In this document: positions 1-9,882 of the stretch, in pieces
Layout of the letters: each line of letters begins with the position of its first letter
Numbering within the stretch: the first letter of the stretch is position 1
Origin: Candidatus Woesebacteria bacterium
GTDB lineage: Bacteria > Patescibacteriota > Microgenomatia > UBA8517
Length of the DNA: 64,000 nucleotides
Reading direction: 5' to 3'
NCBI GenBank assembly: GCA_016432365.1
Contig: CP066686.1
Location: 627,992-691,991, forward strand
Program-made: the position numbers and the translations under genes
Notes under the pieces: model-generated
Database searches by the model: none
Seen by the model: only the letters and a program-made list of their open reading frames with translations
Told to the model about the DNA's origin: nothing

Positions 1-13
1 AACGGTAGTTCCA

Positions 14-72
14 TGAAAAAAAGAGGATTAGTGAAAACTAATATCAAGGTCTCTCGCCTCCTCTTTTTCTTT
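14..72. terminator. A/T-flanked hairpin (aaaaagagga ... tcctcttttt) at the window start; possible bidirectional terminator of an upstream gene
   Basis: Inverted repeat read directly, with an A-run before and a T-run after. Confidence 0.3.
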
Positions 73-88
73 CCTTAAAAGTGTTACA

Positions 89-451
89 ATGCGCATGATG
101 TCTAGTACTTTGGAAAGATTAACTTCAAGAGTGAGGGGTGCAACCGAACCCACCCCCCGAGCGGTCGATGATGCTATTCACCCCAAAATCACAGACATAA
201 ACGTGCTTATTCAAAATCTTCCACAGGAACTAATGGACGAGTTTATTTCAAATACCGGCCGTTCCAAAAAAGATAAATTTAGAAAATTCAAAAGACAACT
301 TTCGTTGTTAGTAGAAGATTACAAACCTACAGATTTATTAAAGATGAGCGCTGAATGTATTAAGAATGACGGAGGAATAGATATACAAAAATTGGAGGAA
401 ATACTTGACGAGGAGAAAGATTTTGTTGGGACAGTGCTTCATTCATGTTAG
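89..451 (+). CDS. Small hypothetical protein (about 120 aa). Likely a leaderless or short-leader mRNA; the true start may be the ATG at 95 or 98.
   Basis: ORF track. An extended -10 (TGtTACAAT) at about 77-85 sits immediately upstream of the ATGs. Confidence 0.4.
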   Translation: MRMMSSTLERLTSRVRGATEPTPRAVDDAIHPKITDINVLIQNLPQELMDEFISNTGRSKKDKFRKFKRQLSLLVEDYKPTDLLKMSAECIKNDGGIDIQKLEEILDEEKDFVGTVLHSC

Positions 452-463
452 AATTAACCCTCA

Positions 464-1528
464 ATGAAAAACAATATTAAGTGTCCTCATTGCGGCAAAG
501 AATTTGAAGCAACCGAAGCTCTTAAGCACGAAATTGAAGAACAGGTCGGTGCAGCTTTGTCTGCAAAACACAAGACAGAAATCGAGGAAATAAAAAGAAA
601 AAGCGAAGAAGAATCAAAAGCGCGGGTTGAAAAACTTACAAATCAAATATCCGAACTTTTGGATGAAATTAAAAAACTCCGGGAGAAAGACGAAGAGCGG
701 GAGATCGAAATGAAGAGAAAATTAATTCAGGAGGAGGAAAAAATTAAAGTGGAAGTCCGACAAAAAGCGGAAGAGGAGCACAAATTAAAAGACTTGGAAA
801 AGGACAGCAAACTTCAACAAGCTTTGGATCAAATAGAATCCCTTAAAACGAAAATTCAGCAGGGTTCACAACAAACTCAAGGTGAAACTTTGGAGTTGGA
901 ACTCGAAACAAAACTTAGAGAAGAGTTTCCTACCGATAAAATTTTAGAAGTTAAAAAAGGACAAAGGGGGGCCGATGTTGAACAAGAAGTGGTGGATAAA
1001 CTGGGTAGATCCTGCGGAAAAATACTTTGGGAAAGTAAGAACGCCGAGTGGAGTAACGGATGGATTTCTAAACTGAAAGAAGACCAGCGCCAAGCCAAAG
1101 CCGATTTGGCGGTTTTAGTTACAGTAAATTTACCGGAAGGAGTAGACAGTTTTGCTTATCGCGAAGGAGTTTGGATAGTAAGTTGGAAACATTTTATTCC
1201 ACTTTCCTGGTCCTTGAGGTTTAATTTGGTGAGTTTGTTCCACGAAAGGACTTCAAGTGAAGGTAAAGACGAGAAAATGAAGATACTTTATGCGTATTTA
1301 ACCGGAACCGAGTTTAAAAACAGAGTAGAGGGGATAGTGGACGCATTTAGTAATTTGCAGGAAGAACTGGAAAAAGAGAAAAGATATTTTAATGTAAAAT
1401 GGGCAAGACAAGAAAAGGAAATTCGAAAAGTAATAGATCATACCCATGGAATGTATGGAGACTTGCAGGGGGTAGTTGGCAAGAGTTTGCCCGAAATTAA
1501 AAGTTTGGAGTTGGGAAACGGAGAATAG
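464..1528 (+). CDS. DUF2130-family protein: N-terminal zinc-ribbon (CPHCG), a long coiled coil, and a C-terminal nuclease-like region
   Basis: N-terminus MKNNIKCPHCGKEF followed by a K/E-rich coiled coil, typical of DUF2130. Confidence 0.55.
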   Translation: MKNNIKCPHCGKEFEATEALKHEIEEQVGAALSAKHKTEIEEIKRKSEEESKARVEKLTNQISELLDEIKKLREKDEEREIEMKRKLIQEEEKIKVEVRQKAEEEHKLKDLEKDSKLQQALDQIESLKTKIQQGSQQTQGETLELELETKLREEFPTDKILEVKKGQRGADVEQEVVDKLGRSCGKILWESKNAEWSNGWISKLKEDQRQAKADLAVLVTVNLPEGVDSFAYREGVWIVSWKHFIPLSWSLRFNLVSLFHERTSSEGKDEKMKILYAYLTGTEFKNRVEGIVDAFSNLQEELEKEKRYFNVKWARQEKEIRKVIDHTHGMYGDLQGVVGKSLPEIKSLELGNGE

Positions 1529-1553
1529 GCCGAAATTACGGTATAATATCTTC

Positions 1554-2498
1554 ATGACTAATTTTTGGCAAAAACTACCCAAACCTTTTACGGTTTTGGC
1601 TCCGATGGACGATGTTACTGATAATGTTTTTAGGCAGGTAGTAATGGAGGCGGGAAGGCCGGATGTGTTTTTCACTGAATTTACGAGTGCGGATGGACTT
1701 GTGTATAATTCGCACGGAATTCCTCTTCGTAAATTAACTTTTACTCCTGGCCAGCATCCGATTGTTGCCCAGATTTGGGGGAAAGATCCGATGTTAATGG
1801 AAAAAGCGGCTGGGATTGTTGCAGACCTTGGTTTTGACGGAATTGACATAAACATGGGTTGCCCAGTTCGGGAGGTGATGAAGCGTGGGGCGGGTGCGGG
1901 GCTTATTGGTAATTATGATTTATCGGGTGAAATTATTAAATCGGTTAAAAACGGGGCGGGAAAAATACCCGTTAGTGTCAAAACTCGGCTAGGAAAAAAT
2001 GAGAATATTGCCCGCGAGTGGTGTACATTTCTTCTAAAACAAAATATTGCGACGCTAACTATTCACGCGAGAACCGCCAAACAGATGTCCGCTTCCCCCG
2101 CAGACTGGAACGAAGTAGCTGAAATTGTAAAAATCAAAAATGAAATTTCTCCCGAGACTGTTATTATCGGAAACGGTGATGTTAAAAGCTATGATGAGGT
2201 TATTGTTCTGTCTGAAAAGTACGGAGTGGATGGGGTAATGATAGGGCGGGGGATTTTTTCAAACCCCTGGGTATTCAACCCCACAACGCTCGCGCTTCGA
2301 GGGGTAAGGCAGGATTATATTGACCTTTTGCTTAAACATATTGATCTATTTGAAAAAACGTGGGGAGATACGAAAAATTTTGCCATAATCAAGAAATTTT
2401 TCAAAATGTATATCAATAATTTTAAAGGCGCAAGTATCTTAAGACAAAAACTAATGGAGGCAAAAAGTTTTGAAGAAATTAAGAAACAGCTAGAATAA
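1554..2498 (+). CDS. dus: tRNA-dihydrouridine synthase (Dus family)
   Basis: FTVLAPMDDVTDNVFRQ motif and TIM-barrel Dus signature. Start moved to the ATG at 1554 after the upstream stop at 1526-1528. Confidence 0.85.
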   Translation: MTNFWQKLPKPFTVLAPMDDVTDNVFRQVVMEAGRPDVFFTEFTSADGLVYNSHGIPLRKLTFTPGQHPIVAQIWGKDPMLMEKAAGIVADLGFDGIDINMGCPVREVMKRGAGAGLIGNYDLSGEIIKSVKNGAGKIPVSVKTRLGKNENIAREWCTFLLKQNIATLTIHARTAKQMSASPADWNEVAEIVKIKNEISPETVIIGNGDVKSYDEVIVLSEKYGVDGVMIGRGIFSNPWVFNPTTLALRGVRQDYIDLLLKHIDLFEKTWGDTKNFAIIKKFFKMYINNFKGASILRQKLMEAKSFEEIKKQLE

Positions 2499-2549
2499 AA
2501 CAATCGCCTTCAATTGGGGGTTAATTATAAATTTTTGATTTTAGAATTC

Positions 2550-3470
2550 TCATTTTGAAGCTTTCTTCTCTTCCCTTTCCCTCGCCCTATCTCCCTGTGC
2601 TTCCCAAACATCCTGGAAAGCTGAACCGGCTTCACCATAAACGCTGTCGGCGACTTCCAAGATTGTAAAGACAGATACATCTTCCGGAACGCCTTCGTCT
2701 GCCCACCTCCAAAGTTTGTTTAGGTCTCTTACATGGTCTCCGTCGACTCCCTGAGCTAACATTCCGGCATGAACCTGATTAAAAATTGCCAATGCTTTCT
2801 TTCTCTCGAGAGCTGTCCAGTCATCAGATAAAAGTGCACTGGTGAGCTCGCTTTTTTCAACAATTGGGGAATCGATAATCGCAGTTGGTTGCGCCTCAAT
2901 TCTGTGTCTGAATAGGAGTCTATCCTGAGAAAATTGGTTACGCATTTCATCAAAAACAGATTGTGCTATTTTTTGGCGCATCTGCCTTAGTTTGGGGTTA
3001 TCCGCCCTGGTTTCGACGATTGCGGTGCAAATCGCGGATGCCAAGTCTATCCGGTCTAATAACTTGTTGGCACTTCCGACATTTTCAGCGCTTTCTATAA
3101 TTGATTTCTCATCTTTTGTTTGATCAAAAAAACTCATATATATGTTTAAAATAGACTCTGCCAACCCATCCTTTTCTAAAGCAGCGGCTATTTCGCGATT
3201 AATTTCCGAAAACTTATCGAGCGCAGTGTTTGCAAGCTCGTTAGCAACTTCGGCTTCAGCTTTGGGAAGACCCGGATTTCTGCTTAAATTGTCGAGTGTG
3301 GCCCATGCTTTTTCTACCCGTTTTTGGCTGTTTGCCCAAAGTACTACAGTATCTTTAGAGTCTTTGTCGATATCTAAGATAGAAATATGGTCAAATTCGG
3401 GGTCCCCCGGACCGCCAATATGAGGAATTGGAAAGAGTACTCGGTTTGAAGTATCGGGTCTAATTTCCAT
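2550..3470 (-). CDS. Hypothetical protein. Compositionally GC-richer than the backbone. Start uncertain: the track start at 3563 would overlap the divergent neighbour.
   Basis: Long ORF with no recognisable motifs. The internal Met (MEIRPDT) gives a non-overlapping start. Confidence 0.45.
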   Translation of the reverse strand: MEIRPDTSNRVLFPIPHIGGPGDPEFDHISILDIDKDSKDTVVLWANSQKRVEKAWATLDNLSRNPGLPKAEAEVANELANTALDKFSEINREIAAALEKDGLAESILNIYMSFFDQTKDEKSIIESAENVGSANKLLDRIDLASAICTAIVETRADNPKLRQMRQKIAQSVFDEMRNQFSQDRLLFRHRIEAQPTAIIDSPIVEKSELTSALLSDDWTALERKKALAIFNQVHAGMLAQGVDGDHVRDLNKLWRWADEGVPEDVSVFTILEVADSVYGEAGSAFQDVWEAQGDRAREREEKKASK

Positions 3471-3552
3471 ATATTTTGGATTATACACCAAATACTCAAT
3501 TTCGACGGGCAATATTGAAGGTCCGGAAGCATTGGTGTACAATCCTGCCCAA

Positions 3553-4272
3553 ATGGAGAGCAAAGAAAAGGTAAGCCCAATGAGAGAGTTGTATTTGGAA
3601 GTGACGCGGGCGAGAGAAGTATTGAATGAAGTATTTTTTACTAGTACACCCTTCGTTATGCTGGGTTATAGCCCACGCGAAATCGCTGTTATCCATGGCC
3701 TTTATGACAGAGCGCGCAATGGGGGGGCGAGTGCGGCCGGCGCCTCATTTCCGGGTTGGTGGCATCATGGAGCAAGGTTTGAGGGGGAGTTGGGAGACTT
3801 TACAGTTAATGTAAGCAGGGAAAGAGACTTTGCGTGTTACGGACTGGTGAGTATCGAAACGCAAATTGAAAACGGTTTTAGCACCGCCTATATGCCACAA
3901 CTCTTTCTCTTAAGCAAGGTGGGAAATACTGGTTCTTTAGAACCTTACGAGATTACCCGAAAGGTGTTGTCCGGCGGAATTTATAGACCACACACCGGGT
4001 TATCAAAGTCAGTCGCAAAAATCCCAGGCTTAGAACATCTTGCGAATCGCCGAAGATACGAAAGTGTCTGGTTAGACGAGAGGACAAAAACAGGTCTGGT
4101 AATTAGACTTACCGAACCAAACCACATAATACTTTTAAGGAAGATTTCAAATAGTGCTGAGGAATATGAGGTTTGGGGGATAAAAAAGGATCCTGACCAG
4201 GCAATGTTGGAAAAAGTTTTATCCGAATCGAAGGTTGCAGCAACCCAAGCATTACCCGAACTCTCTTCTTGA
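3553..4272 (+). CDS. Hypothetical protein, divergent from the gene at 2550-3470
   Basis: ORF track. Start at MESKEK or MRELYL. No family recognised. Confidence 0.45.
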   Translation: MESKEKVSPMRELYLEVTRAREVLNEVFFTSTPFVMLGYSPREIAVIHGLYDRARNGGASAAGASFPGWWHHGARFEGELGDFTVNVSRERDFACYGLVSIETQIENGFSTAYMPQLFLLSKVGNTGSLEPYEITRKVLSGGIYRPHTGLSKSVAKIPGLEHLANRRRYESVWLDERTKTGLVIRLTEPNHIILLRKISNSAEEYEVWGIKKDPDQAMLEKVLSESKVAATQALPELSS

Positions 4273-4342
4273 GCGGCCAGGGGGAGTCGGACCCCCGTTT
4301 GTACCTTGGGAAGGTACCGTTAGGCCGTTTAACTATGGCCGC
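4272..4342 (-). tRNA. tRNA-Gly (anticodon CCC). The T-loop reads TCCGACT, which is atypical.
   Basis: Manual fold of the reverse complement: acceptor GCGGCCA/TGGCCGC, D-stem GTTA/TAAC, anticodon stem GTACC/GGTAC with loop TTCCCAA, T-stem GGGGG/CCCCC. Confidence 0.5.
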
Positions 4343-4416
4343 GTTTTGTAAGACAACTGGGATCATTATAGCATTTTGTCGAGCATGACCAAGATGATTT
4401 AATATAATATTAAGTT

Positions 4417-7400
4417 ATGGATATTGGTGAAAAGCCCGTTTTTGTAAAACGGGAACGTATGTTAATAGATTCAAAAGTTGAGGTTAAATATCCCGAAAAA
4501 ACTTGGTCGGTAGAGCAGTCATATCGTGATATATATCAAAACCATTTGGATGCTCAGTTCAAACTTTGTGTGAACTCACTTCTTTTAGATCTCTCACAAG
4601 TAGCTAACGCGGACCCAGATGAAATTCTGGAAAACAAAGAAATGCGTAAGGTGGCATATGAATATTTGGCGACAAAAAGTATGGTGGGCAAAGATATTCA
4701 AAATCAGATGATTGTTTTTTTGATGCAAGGAATTGGGGCAAAATCGGAAGAAGAAACAAATTTAAGAAATATTATTGAAGAACACAACTTGCAAACTCCA
4801 GACGTGGAAGTTTTGGTAAGATCTGATGCAGGAGACACCGTCTGGTTAAAAAAAGATGAAATTTCGAGGGATGAGCTTCAGAATTCTCGAATTGTAGGGT
4901 TTAGGATTAGTGACGATGGTACAGGTTATGACGCAAACCTTAAAGCTATGTTTTATTCTTCGGGTAAAGATTCACCTGATCAGATTGGCAAATTTGGTGA
5001 AGGTGGCAAAATGAGTGAGATACTATTACAACAAAAAGGCTTTCGAGTGGAATCTAGGTCGGCTTATGATTTTGATGACGAAAGTGGAAGACACCACATA
5101 CTTTGGAAAAGCAGGCCAAGAAAGTCAGAGGAGGGTTCGATGGAACTTCAAGTAACTAAAGTTGAGTTGGATAAATCAATACCAACAGGGTCAGTTACAG
5201 AAGTTATTTTTAGAGATGGTGAAGTAAAACAAGATGATGTGAGAAATCTAACGGAATGCATTAAATCATTGGGTCCGATACAAATACTTTACGACGTTCA
5301 CAGAGCCAACAACCTCACATTTGTCTATCCCTATTACGAACCTTCAAAACCATTGTTGGGAGTTAGCAAGTATTATGACGGTCTTATGGTGCAAGGGATT
5401 AGAGTAGAGCCTGTAAATACAAAGGAAAAAATATTGTTGGGTTACAGCACTTTTGATAAAGATGCGCTGATTGCTCGTGACAGAAATAAATATTCTGATG
5501 AGTTTTTACATTCAGTTGAAGATTTTTGGCTGAATGCTGACCCGTCAACGATTAGGCTTTTTTTTGATAAACTCGAACAATTGCGAGGTAAACAAGATGT
5601 TTTTAGATCTTTTGAAGTTGAAACTTTTAATAAAATTCTTAGACACTATTCAGGAGATGAGTTAAATGCCTCGGAGGAAAAAGTTCAGGCGTTTATGAAA
5701 AATGTGTTACAAGAAGTGTTAAGAAGGAGCAAAGTTAACGATTATCAAAGGATTTACTTCAAATCTGGAAGCGAGCGTTACGATTTTGCATTTTTTTTAG
5801 ACCACGATGTTAAAGTAGTAGATACTGCAGAATGGGGGATCCATTTTGATAGAAATTTCCTCGAAAGCTATTTGGGTGATCGATATGTATCCCCCAACGA
5901 GTTAAGAAAAAAGGTAAGCCGTAAAGACATTTCTAAAGATGTTGGTCAACTAACAGAACAAGAAGCAAAAGATGCACAAGATTGGTATGAAAACGTATTA
6001 AATTTTGTAAATTCATCAGCTGGGTCAAACGAAGAAAACAACCCCTTTGGTGGTTATTATATGTCTCCAAAATTTGTTAACGATGGCCCGGCATTTGCTG
6101 TAGTGTCAAATCGCGACGATGACTTATTAGAAGACTTGTGGGAGATTCATGTAGACAGAACATTACAAATTAACTGGAAAGCAATAAAAGACTCTGATAA
6201 TAGAAAATATCTAGAAAGGGAGCTTGCCGTATATATATTTGCATACAAATACTCTGGCTTTGGCGAATTTCATTTTTATTCTGCTCAAAATATGGCTAAC
6301 GATTTGATTAGAAGGAATTGGCAAGATGCAGTTGACTATAAGAGTATTGGAATTGACTACAAGGTTAAAACCGGCGAGTTTATAAAGATATTTGAGGGTT
6401 TAAGATCTGTTGAAATTGCAGAAAATGTAGCCGCTTTTAATATTGTTCAAAAACTTACAACTTCAGTTGTCGAGACAGTTGACGTGTATGATGCCTGTGA
6501 ACTTTTAAATACATTCAAAAGGCTGGACACAAGACTTTTGGATATTTTGACAAAAAACATATTTAGAACCAAAGACGGTTTTGCAAGATATACGGTAAAT
6601 GAACAAGGTGAGTATGTAGTAAATAACTTTGGTTTTGATGAGATGGAGCAAGTAGGCGACGTTGACGGTATGAAAGCATATAAATTTGGTGACTATGTAT
6701 TTTTAGAAGTTCCCAGATTTGATTATATTAAACATAAAAATGAAATAGTTTATAGACACGAAAATACGCTTTACAGGTCTTCACCTAGTAACATCATTTC
6801 TTGGGAGGTGGAAGTTGAAAACGAGGTTAAGTTTGGCGAAGGTTTTTGCTATTTCAAAGTTTATAAATCAACGGAAGATATCCGTAGTCAGGTTGCCAAT
6901 GTTACTTCGCAATTTGTTTTGGTAGACAAACGTAGCCAAGTGCCAAAGGCAACCAAATTAAAAGACGGTTATGTAGCCACCTCTGTCTCACTTGAATATG
7001 GTAAAGGAAATTGGGACAAACCAATTAGATTTTTTGAAGATATCGTACAAAATCATCTTAATGCCGGCGAAGTATCGATTAAATATATGCTTACAAGGGA
7101 CGGCTCAACCATTTGGGTAGAAAAAGAAGACATGCAAGTTGGGGAAAAAATACTCGGGGTAGAATTTTCTGATAACGGTCGTGGTTATGCACCTGAAAGT
7201 TTGGAAAGAATGGGCAGAACAGAGAAAAGTAGCCCACTTGATGAAGGTAAATATGGCGAGGGAACAAAAATGCTTTTAGCAGCCGCTTGCAGGAATCAAA
7301 TTGACCTTGAGTTTTCCTCGAATTGCCAAAGGGATGGCGTTCAAATGACTTGGAGGGCTCATGCAGAACAAGGTTCACGTCAGATTGTAGAAAATGGTAA

Positions 7401-8496
7401 AGTTGCCGAAGTTAAAATGGCGGGATTTGCTTTGGGCACTTCAGACGTTGTTAACACCGGGTCTACAACAAGAATAGTTTTTAACGACACAACCTCGGAG
7501 TTTTATGTGGAGTGTTTGAAAGTATTGGATCCAATGGGGGGTGACGGGGGTTTAAGCAGATATGTACGAACTCTTCCGGGAGGTGTGCCAATATCTAGTT
7601 CAGTTGGCCCTGTAAAAGTATTGGCCGATAGTAAAGGTGATATTTATGAAAATGGTTTGCTAATGAGTACAGAAAAAATGCTTTTAGGTAGCTTTGATGT
7701 CCCGGATGTTTCTGCCACAAGGGAACGTGACACTGTTAAGGCTGAATCAATGAAACAGTATGTGGATTTTGTTTTGTCCCATACTACCGACAGGGCGCTA
7801 GTTGCAAAGATACTTAAAGGTGCAGTTGAGGGCGGACTTTACGGTTATTTGGACACTAAAAATTTATTTGATGGCAAAAAGGTAACCCCAATAAATTTAG
7901 GAATCTGGCAAACTGCGGCTTTAAATTCGTTTTCTGATGTAATAATAGACGATATTAGTTTGCCAGATAGTGCTAGCAGGTACTTGAGGTACAACGGGTA
8001 TAATAAACGAATACATGTACATGGAAGGGATGGTAAAGATTTGCTGATGAAAGAGTGTTTCCCCACAGTTAAAGGTTTAATAGAAAGAAGTAGGACTTTG
8101 CCAACTGAAATACCCCAAAATACTCGGGAAAAAGTTAATGAAGTTGTTGATATTTTGGCCGACGAGGTTTTAAAAATTGTAGATTCAGGTGGTTTGGGGG
8201 ATGTTAAAAATCAAGAATTTGTGGCGGTGCTACGCGACAAACAAAGGCTTCACAGTACAATTGAATATTCAAAAATACATCCATTTATATTAGGTGAGGC
8301 AAAAGGAGATGATTTTAGGACCGTTATAAGTGAGTACCTCTTGCACGATACAAACGATTTAAATATGGTACTTTTACACGAATGGGCACATCATTTAACC
8401 GAACATGGTGACCTCGACGTTAAGTTTATTGCTGGCTTACTGGGGATCGCATGGGGAAACGGCAATAAGGTCAAAAGAAATAAGGTCAAATATTAG
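4417..8496 (+). CDS. Giant protein (1359 aa) with two GHKL/Bergerat-fold ATPase domains (sacsin/MutL/Hsp90/MORC-like) and a C-terminal HExxH zinc-peptidase-like motif
   Basis: Domain 1: N-box DIYQNHLDAQ, G1 ISDDGTGYD, G2 IGKFGEGGKMS. Domain 2: DIVQNHLNAGE, FSDNGRGY, GKYGEGTKM. C-terminal LLHEWAHHLTEHGD. Confidence 0.8.
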   Translation: MDIGEKPVFVKRERMLIDSKVEVKYPEKTWSVEQSYRDIYQNHLDAQFKLCVNSLLLDLSQVANADPDEILENKEMRKVAYEYLATKSMVGKDIQNQMIVFLMQGIGAKSEEETNLRNIIEEHNLQTPDVEVLVRSDAGDTVWLKKDEISRDELQNSRIVGFRISDDGTGYDANLKAMFYSSGKDSPDQIGKFGEGGKMSEILLQQKGFRVESRSAYDFDDESGRHHILWKSRPRKSEEGSMELQVTKVELDKSIPTGSVTEVIFRDGEVKQDDVRNLTECIKSLGPIQILYDVHRANNLTFVYPYYEPSKPLLGVSKYYDGLMVQGIRVEPVNTKEKILLGYSTFDKDALIARDRNKYSDEFLHSVEDFWLNADPSTIRLFFDKLEQLRGKQDVFRSFEVETFNKILRHYSGDELNASEEKVQAFMKNVLQEVLRRSKVNDYQRIYFKSGSERYDFAFFLDHDVKVVDTAEWGIHFDRNFLESYLGDRYVSPNELRKKVSRKDISKDVGQLTEQEAKDAQDWYENVLNFVNSSAGSNEENNPFGGYYMSPKFVNDGPAFAVVSNRDDDLLEDLWEIHVDRTLQINWKAIKDSDNRKYLERELAVYIFAYKYSGFGEFHFYSAQNMANDLIRRNWQDAVDYKSIGIDYKVKTGEFIKIFEGLRSVEIAENVAAFNIVQKLTTSVVETVDVYDACELLNTFKRLDTRLLDILTKNIFRTKDGFARYTVNEQGEYVVNNFGFDEMEQVGDVDGMKAYKFGDYVFLEVPRFDYIKHKNEIVYRHENTLYRSSPSNIISWEVEVENEVKFGEGFCYFKVYKSTEDIRSQVANVTSQFVLVDKRSQVPKATKLKDGYVATSVSLEYGKGNWDKPIRFFEDIVQNHLNAGEVSIKYMLTRDGSTIWVEKEDMQVGEKILGVEFSDNGRGYAPESLERMGRTEKSSPLDEGKYGEGTKMLLAAACRNQIDLEFSSNCQRDGVQMTWRAHAEQGSRQIVENGKVAEVKMAGFALGTSDVVNTGSTTRIVFNDTTSEFYVECLKVLDPMGGDGGLSRYVRTLPGGVPISSSVGPVKVLADSKGDIYENGLLMSTEKMLLGSFDVPDVSATRERDTVKAESMKQYVDFVLSHTTDRALVAKILKGAVEGGLYGYLDTKNLFDGKKVTPINLGIWQTAALNSFSDVIIDDISLPDSASRYLRYNGYNKRIHVHGRDGKDLLMKECFPTVKGLIERSRTLPTEIPQNTREKVNEVVDILADEVLKIVDSGGLGDVKNQEFVAVLRDKQRLHSTIEYSKIHPFILGEAKGDDFRTVISEYLLHDTNDLNMVLLHEWAHHLTEHGDLDVKFIAGLLGIAWGNGNKVKRNKVKY

Positions 8497-8613
8497 CAAA
8501 AAACATAGTATTTGTAGCTTTGCTATTATTTACTCTCAGTACTCATATCACCAAAAATGTTCAAGCCACTCAGAACACGGTATTGAGTATTAATTTTTAT
8601 CGTGCAAAAAAAA

Positions 8614-8657
8614 TCCCGGGCACCCAGTCTTGTAATAAGAATGGTGTGCCAGGGATC
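8614..8657 (-). terminator. Intrinsic terminator hairpin plus U-run downstream of the gene at 8666-9118 (copy 1 of a duplicated element)
   Basis: + strand aaaaaaaTCCCGGGCACCC...GGTGTGCCAGGGA. On the minus strand this is a stem with one mismatch followed by TTTTTTT. Confidence 0.6.
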
Positions 8658-8665
8658 TGTGCAAT

Positions 8666-9118
8666 TTATTTAATACGGTTAGTCACCTGCCAGGTGACGT
8701 TGATTGATGTTTCCCCGCTTGGGTATACAGCAGTGACAAGCCAGGTGTCTTCTCCGCGTGTCAGAGTCAAAAACTTCAGTTTTAGAATAACTTTATCTCC
8801 GGCTTTGAGATCGTACAAAAAACATGTCTGCTTCTCTGCGAGCTCTTGTCGACCAAACAAAAACTTGTAATCTTTGTCGATGTAGAGCATTCTCGTTCCG
8901 ACTGAATGTTGGAACCCTGTGTACGAGTAAATTGTCAAACTCTCAAGGTCTTCGTTCACAGTGATTTTCAAGTCAACCTGACCCATTCTGTATGGGGGCA
9001 ACATTGCGTCTGCAATGGCCTCTATAGTAACGGGACCAAAGCTTTCAGCCTTGGCTGTGCCGGCGGCGCTGCCCAACAACAGAACGAACAATGCAAGAAA
9101 CACGGAAACCTTTTTCAT
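8666..9118 (-). CDS. Small secreted protein with a signal peptide (paralog A)
   Basis: N-terminus MKKVSVFLALFVLLLGSAAGTAKA. GC-richer than the backbone. Confidence 0.65.
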   Translation of the reverse strand: MKKVSVFLALFVLLLGSAAGTAKAESFGPVTIEAIADAMLPPYRMGQVDLKITVNEDLESLTIYSYTGFQHSVGTRMLYIDKDYKFLFGRQELAEKQTCFLYDLKAGDKVILKLKFLTLTRGEDTWLVTAVYPSGETSINVTWQVTNRIK

Positions 9119-9162
9119 GGGACCTCCAAAGATGATTAGAAAGAGCGAATTACGGAAGCCAT

Positions 9163-9190
9163 ATTATAGGGCATAAAATGAATAAGTCAA
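9163..9190 (-). promoter_or_regulatory. Sigma70-type promoter TTGACT-N17-TATAAT for the gene at 8666-9118
   Basis: Reverse complement of the + strand reads ttgacttattcattttatgccctataat, about 35 nt upstream of the start. Confidence 0.55.
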
Positions 9191-9272
9191 GTTTGGCTCT
9201 GTAAGGAATTTTTAAATTAGATTGTCTTGACTTCACGACATGCAGGTTCCTTAACATGACATTTTTTGTATA

Positions 9273-9322
9273 AAAAAATCCCGGGCACCCAGTCTTGTAG
9301 TGAGAATGGTGTGCCAGGGATT
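9273..9322 (-). terminator. Intrinsic terminator hairpin plus U-run downstream of the gene at 9345-9839 (copy 2, near-identical to 8614-8657)
   Basis: taaaaaaaTCCCGGGCACCCagtcttgtagtgagaatGGTGTGCCAGGGA. Confidence 0.6.
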
Positions 9323-9344
9323 TGGCTAAATGGAAACACTATCG

Positions 9345-9839
9345 TTAGCGAGGAAGCACCTCGAGAGGCAATTCCATATAAATTGGATCTAAGGTGTCTT
9401 GCATGACCCAAACAGGAAAATAGTCAACACCGAGCTTGACGGCCTTGTATTTAAACTTGATTGTTATTGTATCCCCCGGGACCAGGTAGCCAAAGGCACA
9501 GAGTTGATCCTCGAATACCGGCATGATTTTTGGATTGCGGAAGAAATACCAACAATATTGGTAAAATTTTCCGTTAAACTGAACAAGCCAACTTACCGGT
9601 TCAACATGCGTCAAACCTTTTGTGCTGGTATCCACCCTGACGGAAAACACTTCCGCGCTGCCCACTCTGATCCGGATATAAGCCGTGCTCACCTGTCCCA
9701 CATGGGCCGAGGTCGTTTCTCCTGAAATATACAGGGGAGGCACGCCACCGTCAGTGTTTGACTGTGCATATGCCGGAACCGCCAATCCAAACATGACAAC
9801 TGAGATCAAAACGACGAAAAGATACAATTTTCTTTTCAT
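9345..9839 (-). CDS. Small secreted protein with a signal peptide (paralog B)
   Basis: N-terminus MKRKLYLFVVLISVVMFGLAVPAYA. Weak similarity to paralog A (GDKVILKLKF versus GDTITIKFKY). Confidence 0.65.
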   Translation of the reverse strand: MKRKLYLFVVLISVVMFGLAVPAYAQSNTDGGVPPLYISGETTSAHVGQVSTAYIRIRVGSAEVFSVRVDTSTKGLTHVEPVSWLVQFNGKFYQYCWYFFRNPKIMPVFEDQLCAFGYLVPGDTITIKFKYKAVKLGVDYFPVWVMQDTLDPIYMELPLEVLPR

Positions 9840-9882
9840 GGTACTCTCCTTTTTTTTGAAATGAGCTAACTACAACATCCTT

